A DNA stretch of 64,000 nucleotides from assembly GCA_040954595.2 (NCBI GenBank), contig CM082576.2, forward strand, positions 2,330,760 to 2,394,759. Direction: 5' to 3'. Under the pieces are notes generated by a model. It worked only from the letters and a program-made list of their open reading frames with translations, ran no database searches and was not told the origin of the DNA. Source of the stretch: Balanoglossus misakiensis (lineage: Eukaryota > Animalia > Hemichordata). A program made the position numbers and the translations under genes. Position 1 is the first letter of the stretch. Each line of letters opens with the position of its first letter. Of this stretch, positions 37,101-50,400 are shown piece by piece.

Positions 37101-40100
37101 CTTTTGTGGCGAATGACCCCATTCTAAGAACATAATCACAATGCTACTTTGCCCCGAGGAACAAATCTGCAAAAACAAACTCCACAGGAATTGAGAAGTT
37201 TTTAAAGGTTGATGGATTTTTTATGTCAGCCCCTAAGGGACCATCCCAGATTTCTTTTTAGTCATTGTTGTTGGGTAAAATACATATGAATCAGAAACAG
37301 TGGGAGTTTCAAACTCTTGCAGAATTTGTTGATACGGTTTTCTGTGTTATACATAATTAATTGAGAAAGATTAGGTCACTAATTGAACTTACGGCAAACC
37401 ACAATGAATGTCAACTGCTGAATTTTTCATAGACATATATGAATTTTTCATGCACTAATAATATAAGAATGACATCATAGAGAATTCCTATTGGAACTTC
37501 TTTTGGAGAGATAATGCAAACATGACAAGTAGGGGAGAACCAACTCATAGCCCTAACCAAAGGGTTGCAAGCGCTTCATAAATATTTCACTTGAGCAAAT
37601 TCTCTAAATGAGATATAGAAAATTAAATTTTAATACCCCTAAAGGACACATTTTGTATCTCCGCAAAGGCACAAATGTTAGTCATCACACGTATATTGTC
37701 AAAAACAGAGATGTAGAGGTCACTGACATGGTTCATGTACTAAATTTATATATGCATGACTGGCCTAGAGGACCTGTGCAGTGTAACCTTAACAAGTCAC
37801 TGAACTATGCACGTTTACTGCATGGGAAATGTTGACACTGTATTAGGATGACTAAAGGGATGTTTATCAACTTCTTCCAAATAAAACACTTGTTGGCAGT
37901 ACTTGAAATAGTCAAAACTAATTCCTCAAAGCAGACAGGGTTGTCTATGACAACGCATACTATCCAGGGGGTTTCTTCTCCACTGGGGGGGGGGGGGGGG
38001 GGCTGTACAATTAAGTGGTTACAACAATTAAAATATGAACATGATCTGCGTTCATGCATTAACAGCCATCCAGTATAAGCACGACCTCAATTTCCATATT
38101 TGGAGTAGACTCCTCACCTCCAAATTAGAGTTCATGGAATTCGATTGTTATGTCACAAAGACCATTGCTAACTCTGGGGAAAAACATATCCTGACTATAA
38201 TACTTAGACAGTACAGTATGTTCATAACACTAACAGTGAAGGTTAGATACAAATGAATTCCAATGCACTGGGAATTATTTAAAAGTTCCTCTCTTTGAGC
38301 GTGTGTTGTGCATCTGTATTCTTAAGTGACAGGCAAAGAACAGGTGTCTTGACCAGAAACACATTTGACATTGTATGATCTCTAGCAGACGCAAATCAAA
38401 GGATATGTTACAAATGACACAGATAAAAAAAAAAAACTGCAGAAATGGTAATAAATGTGTTTTTATCCTTTTTTCTTCTCTTCTAATACATGTTGAATCA
38501 TGAGAAAAGATTTTCTGCATAATATTAACATTATGAAACTAGTCATTAACATTGAGAACGGGTATCTTATCTGTTGGATCATGTAGTCTTATATCTAGTC
38601 ATTACATGATTACGTGTTTGGTGTCCAAATATGCAAAATTATGCCCTATAAAGGTCTTATATTCATGGTGATAGAGCAGTACTTTGTTACCATTTTCTGC
38701 AAGAATTACATAAACCATATTTTGTGTTTAACTGTGAGGGGGAAAGAGACCTGGGAGAGACACAAGAGATTCCAATGGAACCTGAGATGCACAAAATATC
38801 CAGAATTAATATTTGGCACTATATGGACGTCGCGGGGCTTGTCATATAAATCAACTTTCAGATGATCTGATTCACATTCTGATCTCGACGAGGCAGACAG
38901 CCTGTGAATACCGCAGCAATTATCCACAGCTGAGTGAGGGTCCACAATTCTGGACTGAAAAAAAAGTGCAGAGAAATGCGAGTCGTACTCTAGTGCAGTA
39001 CAGCAAAAACTGACTTCACACAGTACAACTGACGCTGGCTATTACTTCTGGCGATAACTTGTTCTGAAATCCATCCCCTTGTACCTGAATATGATTCTAC
39101 TGAAGTGATAAATGATTCCGGACACACGCATTATCTCTGCTTTCCACTGCTAGTTCATCCATGTAAAAGCAATCAGCAGGAGATTGACAGCAGTCAGGGC
39201 ATATACTCTGTTTGTGCCACAGAAATACGATCCCTCTCTCCATTTAGTTAATTTGCTTTGACCCCATGCCAGAACACTTTTACTATTAATACATCAAGGC
39301 ATGACATCATATGTGTCTAAAACACCAATTACCAAAAAAATATCCTGGGTTTATTTATTTTCATTCATACCTGGACTGATTTCTTCCTCGGCAAACCAGA
39401 TAAAATCTTTTTATACACACACCCAACACTTGATAACATACCAAAACTTCTTTATTAATCAGCTTCATTTAATCAGTACAATGTGATGACTGGTCTGAAA
39501 GTATGTCTCCAAGTTGGAAGATAAAATCTGCACATTACATTCTTTACATTTCTGATTTTGAAAAGAAATATGTTCTTTAAATCTTCAAACAAGATTACGA
39601 CTCTTTACTAGACATGACAAAAGTGAACAACAAAAAGTCACCAGGAACGTGTGATGTCAGCCTCACTGCAAATTTACATCATCTCCATCATTCCTCTCTT
39701 AATGAACCTTCCTGAAAAGGATACGACCTTCCTTGACAGTATCAACATTTTTCTTTTTCATTTTACGCTAAAAATAGCAGACGACATGACTATCGCACAA
39801 TACGTAATTAAGCACGTCACACAGAAATAATTACAAGATACTGACAAAGTGTCCGCCTCTACCCATGTAGGATCACGTTCCGGTCACAAGAAAATAACGA
39901 GAATGATTACGTTCATTCAATTTGGATCCGTTTTCAAGACACATGCGTGTCAATATAAATTTATGTCACAACTGGTTTGACTTTATATAATTACATCTGC
40001 CTGTTTTTACCCGGATTCCATTCCAAACTTGAGGGCACACTGTGCTTCATATAGAATAAATTAAGTCTCCCACGCATTAATTAGAAAACCCATGTATTAT

Positions 40101-43100
40101 GAAAATAACAAAAGGGTTATTAATATTATTATGAAAAAAAGCACCAACAGATTATGAAAGATTGGAATTGGCGCTCACAACACACTGCTAGAAATTAAAA
40201 ACTGCAAATATTGACCAATCCGCTCCTTATATGTGATTATGTAACATGAGCAAGGTGCCATTGGGAAAAAAATGCCTCAGTTCATCACAGTAAAATACCA
40301 AGGGAAGTTTTACTGGCACACACAGGTAAACAAATTTGCACTCTGTGGTATGACAGGTAAACAACATCTAGAAGCTGTGCTAAACTGTAAATAAATTAAT
40401 TTGTGAACATCTGGGTAGAATCTGTGACACCTTGAATTTGACACAAATGTGTCATCTGCCATAACAAAGGTTATCTGGACTTAGGTGTGTAATTGCTAGG
40501 CTTCTAATGTTAAGAGTACACACATCAGTAAATGCCTGCACAGGTAACTTCAACTCTCTGGCAGTGCGAAAAAACCATCCCCAATGTCAACAGAAATTGA
40601 ATGCTTCAATTGTATCAACTGTGCTTCATTTGTTTTGCATAAATGCCTGATTTCATATCAAGGCAAAATTTTCAATAAAAAAAACCTACAGATCTGATTG
40701 ATGTCACACAGTGTATGGAATGAACACTGCAACTGACAAAATTGACACGAGTGAAATATTGTATCTCAGAGTCTGGAAGATAACGTTAAATATAGGAGAC
40801 CATGGGGGAAAAACATCTACATCTATCTACTCACCGTACAACTTCACTTTCCCATCTTTCCCCTCAACCAGGAGAATAACATAACCTCCTAAATCGACCA
40901 TGTTAAACTTTAGTACAGACTCACACTCGCAACTGCAGTACTATGAGTATGAGAGTTCGAGCAGACGAACATACTACCGGGGGTAACATTTACGTTGCAC
41001 ACTTGTCAGGTTTCAACACATGCTCTACATGGTTCCATCAGCTGACTCCTTCCCGACTTGGAAACATCTTGGGTTATTTACGTATCCTCTCTCTGACCAC
41101 GGTTCTGTGCGATGAGTCCTATTAATATCAAACACTCACAAGCCCCAGTCCATGCACACATACATTTAAGTGGTAAACTCACAAAGTAGTTATACTGATT
41201 AATTATTCATGAGCCTGGACACAGCTCATTGGCTGCTGGCTTCAAAGGGGATATTGAGTTCTGGAGAGATGTGCTTATTACTTTTATCCCAAGTAGGCGT
41301 CAGTCGTATTAATCATGCTAAGCAGCTAAATTGTTAATCATGTGCGTGCCTGCAGGTTGAGGAATCACAGATTTCACAATCAACAATGAGGACAAGACTG
41401 TTTCATAGGTAAAAAGAACACCTAGGAAATTATGAGCAACAATTTTACAAATCTCCGCTTTGAAAATTAAACACATACCCTGTGCTGCCAGCGAAATCCT
41501 CTCATTGCGGTATATTCAGTAACACAATGACTGAACTGTACAGAGTGAAAAAAAAAATGTGTCACAGCTGAATCTTAGCAACTTTTCTGTTTTTCAATGG
41601 AACAGAAATAAGCAACTGTGCCATGACGTTTATTTGCCAAAAGCAGGAAACTGCCAATACACTGTTAAAACTGATTCAAGCCATTTAAACCAGTCAGTAA
41701 TTGGTGAATTTGAAATGACGGACTTAAAAGGACCAAGGCATTTGAAATTCAACATATTATGAGTAGACCGATGTGACGTCAACCTCATTTCTGGTTGTTT
41801 CTTCGGGGAACGTACAAAGAAACAAAGCCCCTTGGAAAGTTAATGTGGGACTTGCCAAACACAGAGACCAAATGATGTTCATGATTGAATTTCAGTTCCA
41901 AAATTAATTTACCTCCAAGCCTGGTTTATTTCTCACCTCAAAAGCATTTTTCATTTGTCTGTTCAGCACGATATTTTCATTGAAACACCTTTTTATAAGG
42001 GAGAAGCAATTAACTGGAGACTGCATAGGATATTTTTAAAAAAACACACATTAAAGCTGGGGTAGGTTTACTTTCATGATTAATTTAATTTCTTCGGAAT
42101 GATTACTGAAACTTGACACACTTTCATTATTATTTTTTTCTCAAAGAGATCGACCATTTGCAGGAGAATGTTGTTCGGCTTTAAAGGCATTATCGGATTA
42201 TAAATTCAACAATGAATTTAAATACTGTATTAGTTTCAATGACGGAAAAAAGACAGCAACACATTCGTAATCCTCTATCACCCGAAACACACTCAGATTC
42301 TGGGAATTGGAAAAAAGATGAGTTTGCGAACACACTGATCTAATCATCAGAAAGCTGAAAGTGTGGTAAATTTGGTGTTAAATTACATTTTCTTTGGAGA
42401 TACATGTTTGCTTTAAGCGCCGCTGTTCACACAAATGGTGTGGCATGAATCTGTTTATTTCAACATTCTGAGTGTGGTTTTAGTACCGCATTGAGTACAA
42501 GTAAATAAACCAAGAACAGAAATTGGATTAAAGTACATTGAACCAATTGAAGACTGCATGAAAATACTACACGATGATTCCCTGGAATGCCCAGTTTCAC
42601 TTCCTTGTGCAGATGTACTCAACCTAGGCCTGCATGTCCATCAAAGCTGTACACACCTGTCACACACACAGGTACATCAATGGGGACTAACAATGGGATA
42701 AAAGTTACATGCAATCCACAATTAACACAACGTACAAAACTCAATACAAATTACAATGACCAATCCAGTTGGATAAATGCAAGGTTGACACATTTCAACT
42801 GCTTCATTTCCATGCCTACTTAATTTTTTTGTGCAAATTGCAGCACCTATAAAGCAATAAATTTCACTCCCCCTTCGCGTTTTCTCTCAGATGCAAATGC
42901 CATTCGCTGAAATTAGCTTTGTCATTTTTTTCCCTGCTGCGCTTTCTTCAGCAAGATATAATCACAACCTGTCCTTGGCACGAAAATTCCTGGTCAATAT
43001 TATGCAAATTACGAGTAATCCTCTCGACTCCCAAAGGAATGCGTTCAGCCTGGCATGATAAAATAAAACCTCAGCACTTCAAAAGTGCTAACAGATCCAA

Positions 43101-46100
43101 GTAAATGGGCCTTCAATTTTATTCCCACCAGGGTCAATTGAAATTCACCTTGCAAAACACAATTAGAATGATTGCTTTCCACAGGCAAAAGAGAAACCAT
43201 AGACTCAGAGTCTTTTAATGTTTTCTGAAATATTACAAAGTCCCAGGTGGGAACATTTTGCTCGACTTCAAAGGTCCTAAAGTGTGTATTTGATGATGTC
43301 CTTTAGGTTGTAGAATCAAATAACAGACTCATTTTAGGAGACAACTGGATCAACATACTTTTGGCTCTTGGGTGAAACATTATTTTTTTTCTTCTGACAT
43401 CACGATAAAGGTGATGATCTTCCCTCACGATTTTATCTTCCTTCCTATTTCAAACGCACCAAAAAATATAAACACCCCCTACCCCCCAACCATTCAGATT
43501 TCATACCATCTTCTCAGCATAATTCAATCTTTGTGAATATGCAGCATTTATTTGTTACTTTCCAATGGTAAGCTATGTACACATAGAGCATAAAACCCCC
43601 TAAGGCAAAGTCTGTTTCCTTGGGCCAACTCTTTGTATCAGTATGGGTAACCTAATTTCTGGTGTTGTACATTTGTCTACTGAAAAAGGTGAATCGTTGC
43701 CCATAATTGATAGAAAATCGATTTCCTCAGCGATGTGCTGACAGAGGGGGTATAGTGCTGAAATTGCTTGCATGATGTGGTAATTTGTGAGGACAGTATC
43801 GGTAAATTGGGTCTATGCAGCCCTGAGTGATTTAACACTGCAGGCTAAACACGAGAAATTGATACTTTGTTCACTGGAGAGCTGTCCACAGACAGTAGGA
43901 TCTTCTTTTTAAACTAGTGATGGGGTGTGTGGGGAGATATACTTTCAAATTTGCTATATTGTTTGAACACTTTCCCGAACTCACCGAGAAGACAGAGGGG
44001 AAATTTTTTCTCAGTGAATTGGTTGCACAGAAGCTTGTTGTAAAACGGAAAGACTTCCTAGTAATTACTTCCTGAGTGGAGGATATAAGTTTTACAGGAC
44101 TTCCTCATTTCTGTTGTCTGTATCGTAAAATGACACTAGCATCCTTCCTTAACATGACAACATGGCATTTATCCCAATACACATACCCGGTAGATTGCAA
44201 AAAAATTGTCAAATAACATTTCCAAACAGGTTGACAAGGAATTGATGGGGAAGAACTTATCAATTTACATACACTTGTTCGGACAGAGAATTAATTTTTC
44301 AGTAAATCTGTGTAGAATCACATGCCTTGTTCTGTAAAAAAAATTTGTTGCTGTGTACTGTGGTGTAAACGTCATGACATTTGACTTCTATGACACAATT
44401 CTGTTCACAGATCCCTGTACTGACTTTATGGTGGTCTTTCCGAAGGAGGCATAATTCCAGAAATTTCTGCATGTCTGTGGTGTATACAGTACTGCCAACA
44501 ACACTTCACAAATACCAATTCATCAGGTCCTATAAAATTCCAAGTTTTCCTCATCAACATTATTCCACTATTACCTCACCAGTTTAAATTGAGTTCATGT
44601 CCTGGGAAGCTTCCCCACATCACAGTTGCAGACCCCTATCACTTTCATGCAGTGTATAATTTTGGCCTAATTAACACCCAGTAAGCTGATACTGCTGATA
44701 ATACATTATATTGGCCTCCAAGGACTGAAGATTGCATTTCTATTAGACCATCATAAATGCAAACCCCCTGTTGCCATCAAAGCCTTTCCTAATCCAGTTT
44801 CTGTTTTAAAAGCCCTGCAGTTGGCACCGCATGTTAGAATGTTGAATTCTGGAAATATGAGTCAGAAGTCGGTCGGCAGGGGGAAGAAATATGCCCTCCA
44901 AACAAATAACTGCCTAAGTTAGAATAACAGAGTATGAAGTCATGGGGCAAAATGATCTAGAAAGTGAAGCTATGTGTGAAATCAATGACTTATGCTTGCA
45001 TGCAGCCCATGTCATAAATTGTTATAGCATCAGTGACAAATTGACCCCTGCTGAAAAACAAACAGATCCTCCCCACATCTACTCTGCTGACTGTGGTCAG
45101 GGGAAAATTGTGCCATGCAATGACCACATAATCTGCCTCATTCGTGATGGGAGAATTTCTCCATACAGGGATCATTTGCCTTATTTTACAGCAAGCAGGA
45201 GTGTGATCTCTGTATGCTCTGGCCATAAACAATTTCAATGCCTTGTCTGTCTACTAGACACTTGAGTCTGCTTTTTTTCTTCTACAGTTGTTGGACACAT
45301 TCTAATAAATCTTCGAAGCATGCGAATGAAGTTAACATTACATTCTGTCTCACACACAGAAACGTGAATGCATGCAAGTTATCTCTGCACAGCGCCCTCT
45401 ATAGCTGCATTATTACAACTCTCTCCTTCGATAGCAAAATAACACAGAAGGTACACTTGAACATAACCTCAAATCTTTACATTTTAAGAAGGACCTCACC
45501 TCCATTTATACTCATTTTCAAGTCAACGCAGGTGTCATGTACCAGCTCTCACAGAAATGCTGATATTGACACAACAAGCCAAACTATATTGTCTATTTTA
45601 CATCCTCGCAAGTTACATGTAACACTGGCTGGAACTGTCAGCAACATGAAACATAAAAATGGTACATCAATATACACTGCAGAAAATCACTGCAGAGACC
45701 ATGATTGATTGTTTTATTTCCTGATAGGGTCACAAAAAATAGAGAAATTAGCCTCCAGTGCTGGGGGTGCAATATACGACATTTATACACGGCACTTAAT
45801 TATTTATGGCCATTATCATATTTTATTTCATATCAGTTTAAATGGTAAGTGTCATTCAAAGTTCAGCGTTTGCAGTTCTGTGTCTGTATCTCAGCTGAAT
45901 GCTAATTACAATGCTTCAAAACAACCCCTTTGCAGATTAGCAGAAGGTTATATCATCAGTGAAACATTAACTTCAAGGACTTCATGATAAAGTTACTTAC
46001 ATAACTATAATTGCTGGTTGGTATTTGCCTAGAAAATGTGTTTGAAAATCCTGCATGGTGAGTTTTACTTGCTACGCCAGGGGTACTCCGGGTAGACAGA

Positions 46101-47496
46101 GATATCTCACTTTTTCTGTATTGGCTTGTCAGATATTCTTGGATTACCTTACTTACTCAGATGAGCATACTAATTTTGGATCTCAGTGCAGGCATGAATA
46201 TCTCGAATAAAATTTTATCCTACTTACCCGGTAGGTGACATTAATTAATATTCAGGATGTAACTATATATTGTAATGGTATGCAGTGTTCTGGGTTAATT
46301 ACAATACAAATCAATCTTTCTATCAACAATATGTCAATGTGTGTACCCTTGCTTATATTCCATTTCCACACAAACTGCAGAAAGGTGATACGCAATCTTA
46401 CAGAGATCTAGAAATGAAATCAGGTCAAAGGTCATGCAGCTCACCTGGGGTGATGTCATCTACGCGGGGAGAGAAGCCTTCTTCAATTCCACCCATGACG
46501 GAGAAACCAAATCTGCTGTCTCCGCCTTCCATGACGACAGTCGTCTCCAACTCGCTGACCTGAAAGAGACATGATGGACCTTTTTTCACATGCCAATCCA
46601 AGCTATGCAATAAAAACATGGGTCGTGTCGACACCCTCACGTTGCTTTACTTACTTTTGTATTTCTTGGCAATTTAGGCGGCTTTCCCTTGCTCAGCACA
46701 GCCTCTCTGAATGGTCTACCATGAAGCATACTTGGGGTTTTGGGTCTTATTTTTAGACAAAGGAAAGGAAGGCTGCTGTACTACGCTGTTAGCTAAATTA
46801 ACTTACGCTAAAATTAATACACTGATTTAGTTACGGTATGGCAATGCAAAGAATAGACTTGGACAGCTTGGAATTTCCCTTATCAACCTCTAGAGGGCCC
46901 TCTCCACAAATTCATGTACTTCATTCCACCATGCAGAGAGGTTATCTACTCACTAAGATATTTTTGACAGACAGCAGAATACATCATGCCACCTTAGGAA
47001 AGATTGTTCCAAGAAATTCTGCATGCCTATGTAGGAATCCGTTTTTGGATTTGAAAGTACAGACTATAGAGGCAGTACTACACTGCTGATAAAGAAATGT
47101 ATATGTAAACAACACAGTGCTGCCTGCCTGGTTCTACATATCAAAAGTACCAACATTTGTTCTGCATTTGACAATAGTTTGTAATGGACTCCCTCAACTA
47201 AATGATACAATGAACAAACCAAGGTCACTTCACAAAGAACAGTCTGGTAAAGTATGTTAATCTTTTGTTAATCTGTCTGGCATACTCCGGTTTTGAGGAC
47301 CCACTTTAGTGACTTTTTGAACACACGAGTTTGCTCATGAGCAAAGCGTTCAAGATACAATACTTACAAACTCTTCCAGTCCCCCATTGTAGTATTTAAA
47401 GCCATCTGCTTCTGCCATTTCCTTGCTAGGTGCTGTGACGGGACCATTGATGCCTCCATTCCCCACCTGGCCGACAACGTTCACATCTCCATTCAT
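25153..47496 (-). CDS. PALS1: PALS1/MPP5/stardust MAGUK (extra N-terminal PDZ, ECR1, two L27, PDZ, SH3, HOOK, GuK)
   Basis: Phase-consistent exons 47368-47496 (ATG; the exon starts at 47573), 46445-46559, 36277-36386, 35445-35496, 29974-30939 ([13 protein letters not shown], Par6-binding ECR1-like), 29175-29383, 28892-28969, 28273-28428, 27691-27852, 27252-27329, 26888-27087 (SH3: [18 protein letters not shown]), 26637-26758, 26364-26531, 25769-25971, 25448-25558 and 25153-25332 (WVPVSWL). Confidence 0.93.
40835..40901 (-). CDS. PALS1: Alternative first coding exon of PALS1/stardust ([23 protein letters not shown])
   Basis: ATG at 40899-40901, 67 nt, strong donor G|gtgagt. It ends in phase 1, matching the 36277-36386 exon ([20 protein letters not shown]). 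Confidence 0.75.
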
Positions 47497-50400
47497 CGTA
47501 GCTTGCCCCGGCAGGGTCAGATCGGCGATCTTGCTGAATGCGGTGCAAGTGTGTTAGTTAACACATTTGTGCTCTGGGTAGGAGAAAGAAACATTAAAAA
47601 TTAGATGTTAGGGTACAATCATTGGCACTTTCATTGATGTGTTTCTATCAATGCAGTTTTAATTCTACAGTCTTACAACCCACTCAGGCATTGCTTTATA
47701 TAGTGGCAACACCTCTTTCCCCTTGAAATGCAAAAACATTATTTTCACGATTTAGAATCTATCAGAGTGCAAAGCACGTTGAATTGAATCTGCTCCAACC
47801 ATCACATTAGTCTAGACTGTCACGTCACGGCTCATAAAATTACCTGGATGAGCCGTTCACATGGCAACGGAGAAACAAACGTAAAGCATGATGTGAAGTC
47901 ACTCAGCTTACGTGTTATGTACAACTGGTGAATTTACAAGAGACAGGATTCTTCATTGGCATATTGTTAAAACAGACAACTGAGAATAATGAAAGATCAA
48001 TTCTGAGGCTTTTAGGAATAGGGTACTGAAAAAACTTTCAATTTATCCAGCTGTGTCATACGTACAGCCAAAGAAAGCAAAGCTCACACACATACTGTTA
48101 CAAAAACATTTTATCATTAATGTCTACTTCTTTTGTAAGGGATATTTTTAATTCATATGCACTGTTCATGCTTTCATGCACAAATATGTAAATGGAAGGG
48201 CACAAAAGGTAACTAATCCTGTTAAATACGGTACTATAGTTGGATGATGATGGCGTGCAATGCATCGTAAATTCTATTTGCAGAGTGCAAGTATTTCTAT
48301 TACCATATGTTTATGCAATCGATAACAAAACTGAAGGTTTAAGTACGGCTTAACATGACCATGGTTCATCTGGCACTAAAATTCAGTGTCACTTGCAATT
48401 GCTGCTTTGAACAAGGAAGGAAAAAAAGAAAGTGCCAAACAATACACTGGCCAACCAATGCTGATGGTTCAGAACATACTCACTGAGAGTACGCCATGTT
48501 ATTTGTTGCCAATACATCAATCACGTACTGTAATTAAAACCACTCTTTACATGTATTTTTCTCAGTAATCAAAGCTTAACATGAACGAACTTTCAATCCA
48601 GACATTAGTCTCCCCAAAACAAATCATGGAATTAATCGTATCGACTTCAAATGAATATTTATTTGAATGTTATAAATAAGCTGATTAATGTCCTCAAGCA
48701 AATCTACTTTCATAAAAGCAAACATAGAAATGTGGAGTAGATACAGCTGGTTACTCATTTCTTGGACACTTGACTCTTGTACAAGTCATTTCCTCCCATA
48801 AAATATAGGCAGACTGTTGCCAGCCTGTCTTTAATTGCAAATCAAAAGGAGTGTATTTTCCTATGTTGAAGTTGAAAAAACCACTTGATTGTGACCAAGA
48901 AAAAGAAACCTTTAACAGCAAAAATATCGATCAGCGGGCCAAAGTCAAAGACTATTCATATGTCCAGTCAGTACACTGTTTATATCAATAAAAAACACCA
49001 CCTGATGTCGGGTATAAATGTGCATGTACTGGTACTGCACACATGCAGAATTGTAAGGTAATAAATCATAGATGCAAAATTCAAATACTGGCTGATCAAA
49101 TGAAGAATGATTATAGCAAACCAAGCCATTATAGCCAGTTTATTTTCCAAGGGTACTGGTCTTTATGATCCAATTCAAAAGTGTCTCACGACAAGTGTAA
49201 CAACTCCATTTTAAGAAGCTAAGAGTTCTCTCTGTTTAATATTTAAATTGTGTGACCTCCATATTGGCAGTATGGGGATAAAAATACACCCCACTTGGGA
49301 AAATTACCAACCAAGGTTTAACTATTTTTATTGCTGTTTTACAAAGTATTAAGGATGGTCGTAAATGTCAATGACAGACAGAAATAAGACTCAATGTACA
49401 CAGGGGAACTTGTCAGTCACATCAATGGGGGGAAAATGATGGAAAACACTCTTTGTCCTTATAATGACATTCAATCATGCTGCAAATTGTGAATTTTCTA
49501 CTTAGGCTCCTCCAGCCTGTACTAAATGGTGATTACTGGGCAAATTTTTGACTTCTATTCTGTCACAATTATTTTATACAGTCGCATTTCAAAGACTCAT
49601 TTGAATTACACTAAACACCTATACACACACTTACAACATTACAAGTGTACAGTTAGAAAATAAATTCAAGTATAAACAGCTAGGGTACATATGGTGACCA
49701 TTATTTGTTTACTTCTAGTTGTATTCATAAATATTTAATGCCATATGTACATTTTGTTTTATTTTTATATGAAACACACACACCATCTGCTCTGTTATTT
49801 TGCTTTTAAATTCCAATTTGATCTTTTTTGCCCTGACACTCCAGCTTATTGCTGAAATAAACAAAAGCGATCTGAGAAGTATAACTTCTGTCATTTTGTC
49901 CCCAGAAAAAGTACACAGATGACAGCGTCCTAGAACCAAACCATCTGCTCATAGAAATGTCCAGTGCAGAAGTCACATCAAACATTGGCTACTGTTTTCA
50001 AACAAGAATTGTTTCCAAAACAGCACTGAAATGTTACACGCATGCATCTGACAAGGAAACTCTTGTTGAGCTGGTTTGACCTTTCAATCCCACATGCTGC
50101 CTGAGTTCAAAGGTTCAGATTAAAATACAGAGGCAAAATAGCTAATTACAAATACATGCAGGTGAAATTCTGACCTATTGGGTGGTTACCATGGTAACTG
50201 CAGAATAGTGAGCCATCGTCAAATATTAACTGATTATGCAATTTGGAGGCTTGCTACTGAAACAGGAAAGAAGTTGTCTGTGGCTCTTTCCCACCAGCAC
50301 TGCAGTTTTGTCCTGCATCTTGGGTTGAAGGGAGTTCAACTGAATAATTCATCGCAGTAACACAGGACATGAAGTCTGAACAGGAAATGAAACAAGCTCT

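Noticed and set aside
37985-38002. Long G/C homopolymer runs (also 23488-23499, about 23655-23666 and 56950-56961) as G-quadruplex elements
   Set aside because: These are simple homopolymers with no supporting context.
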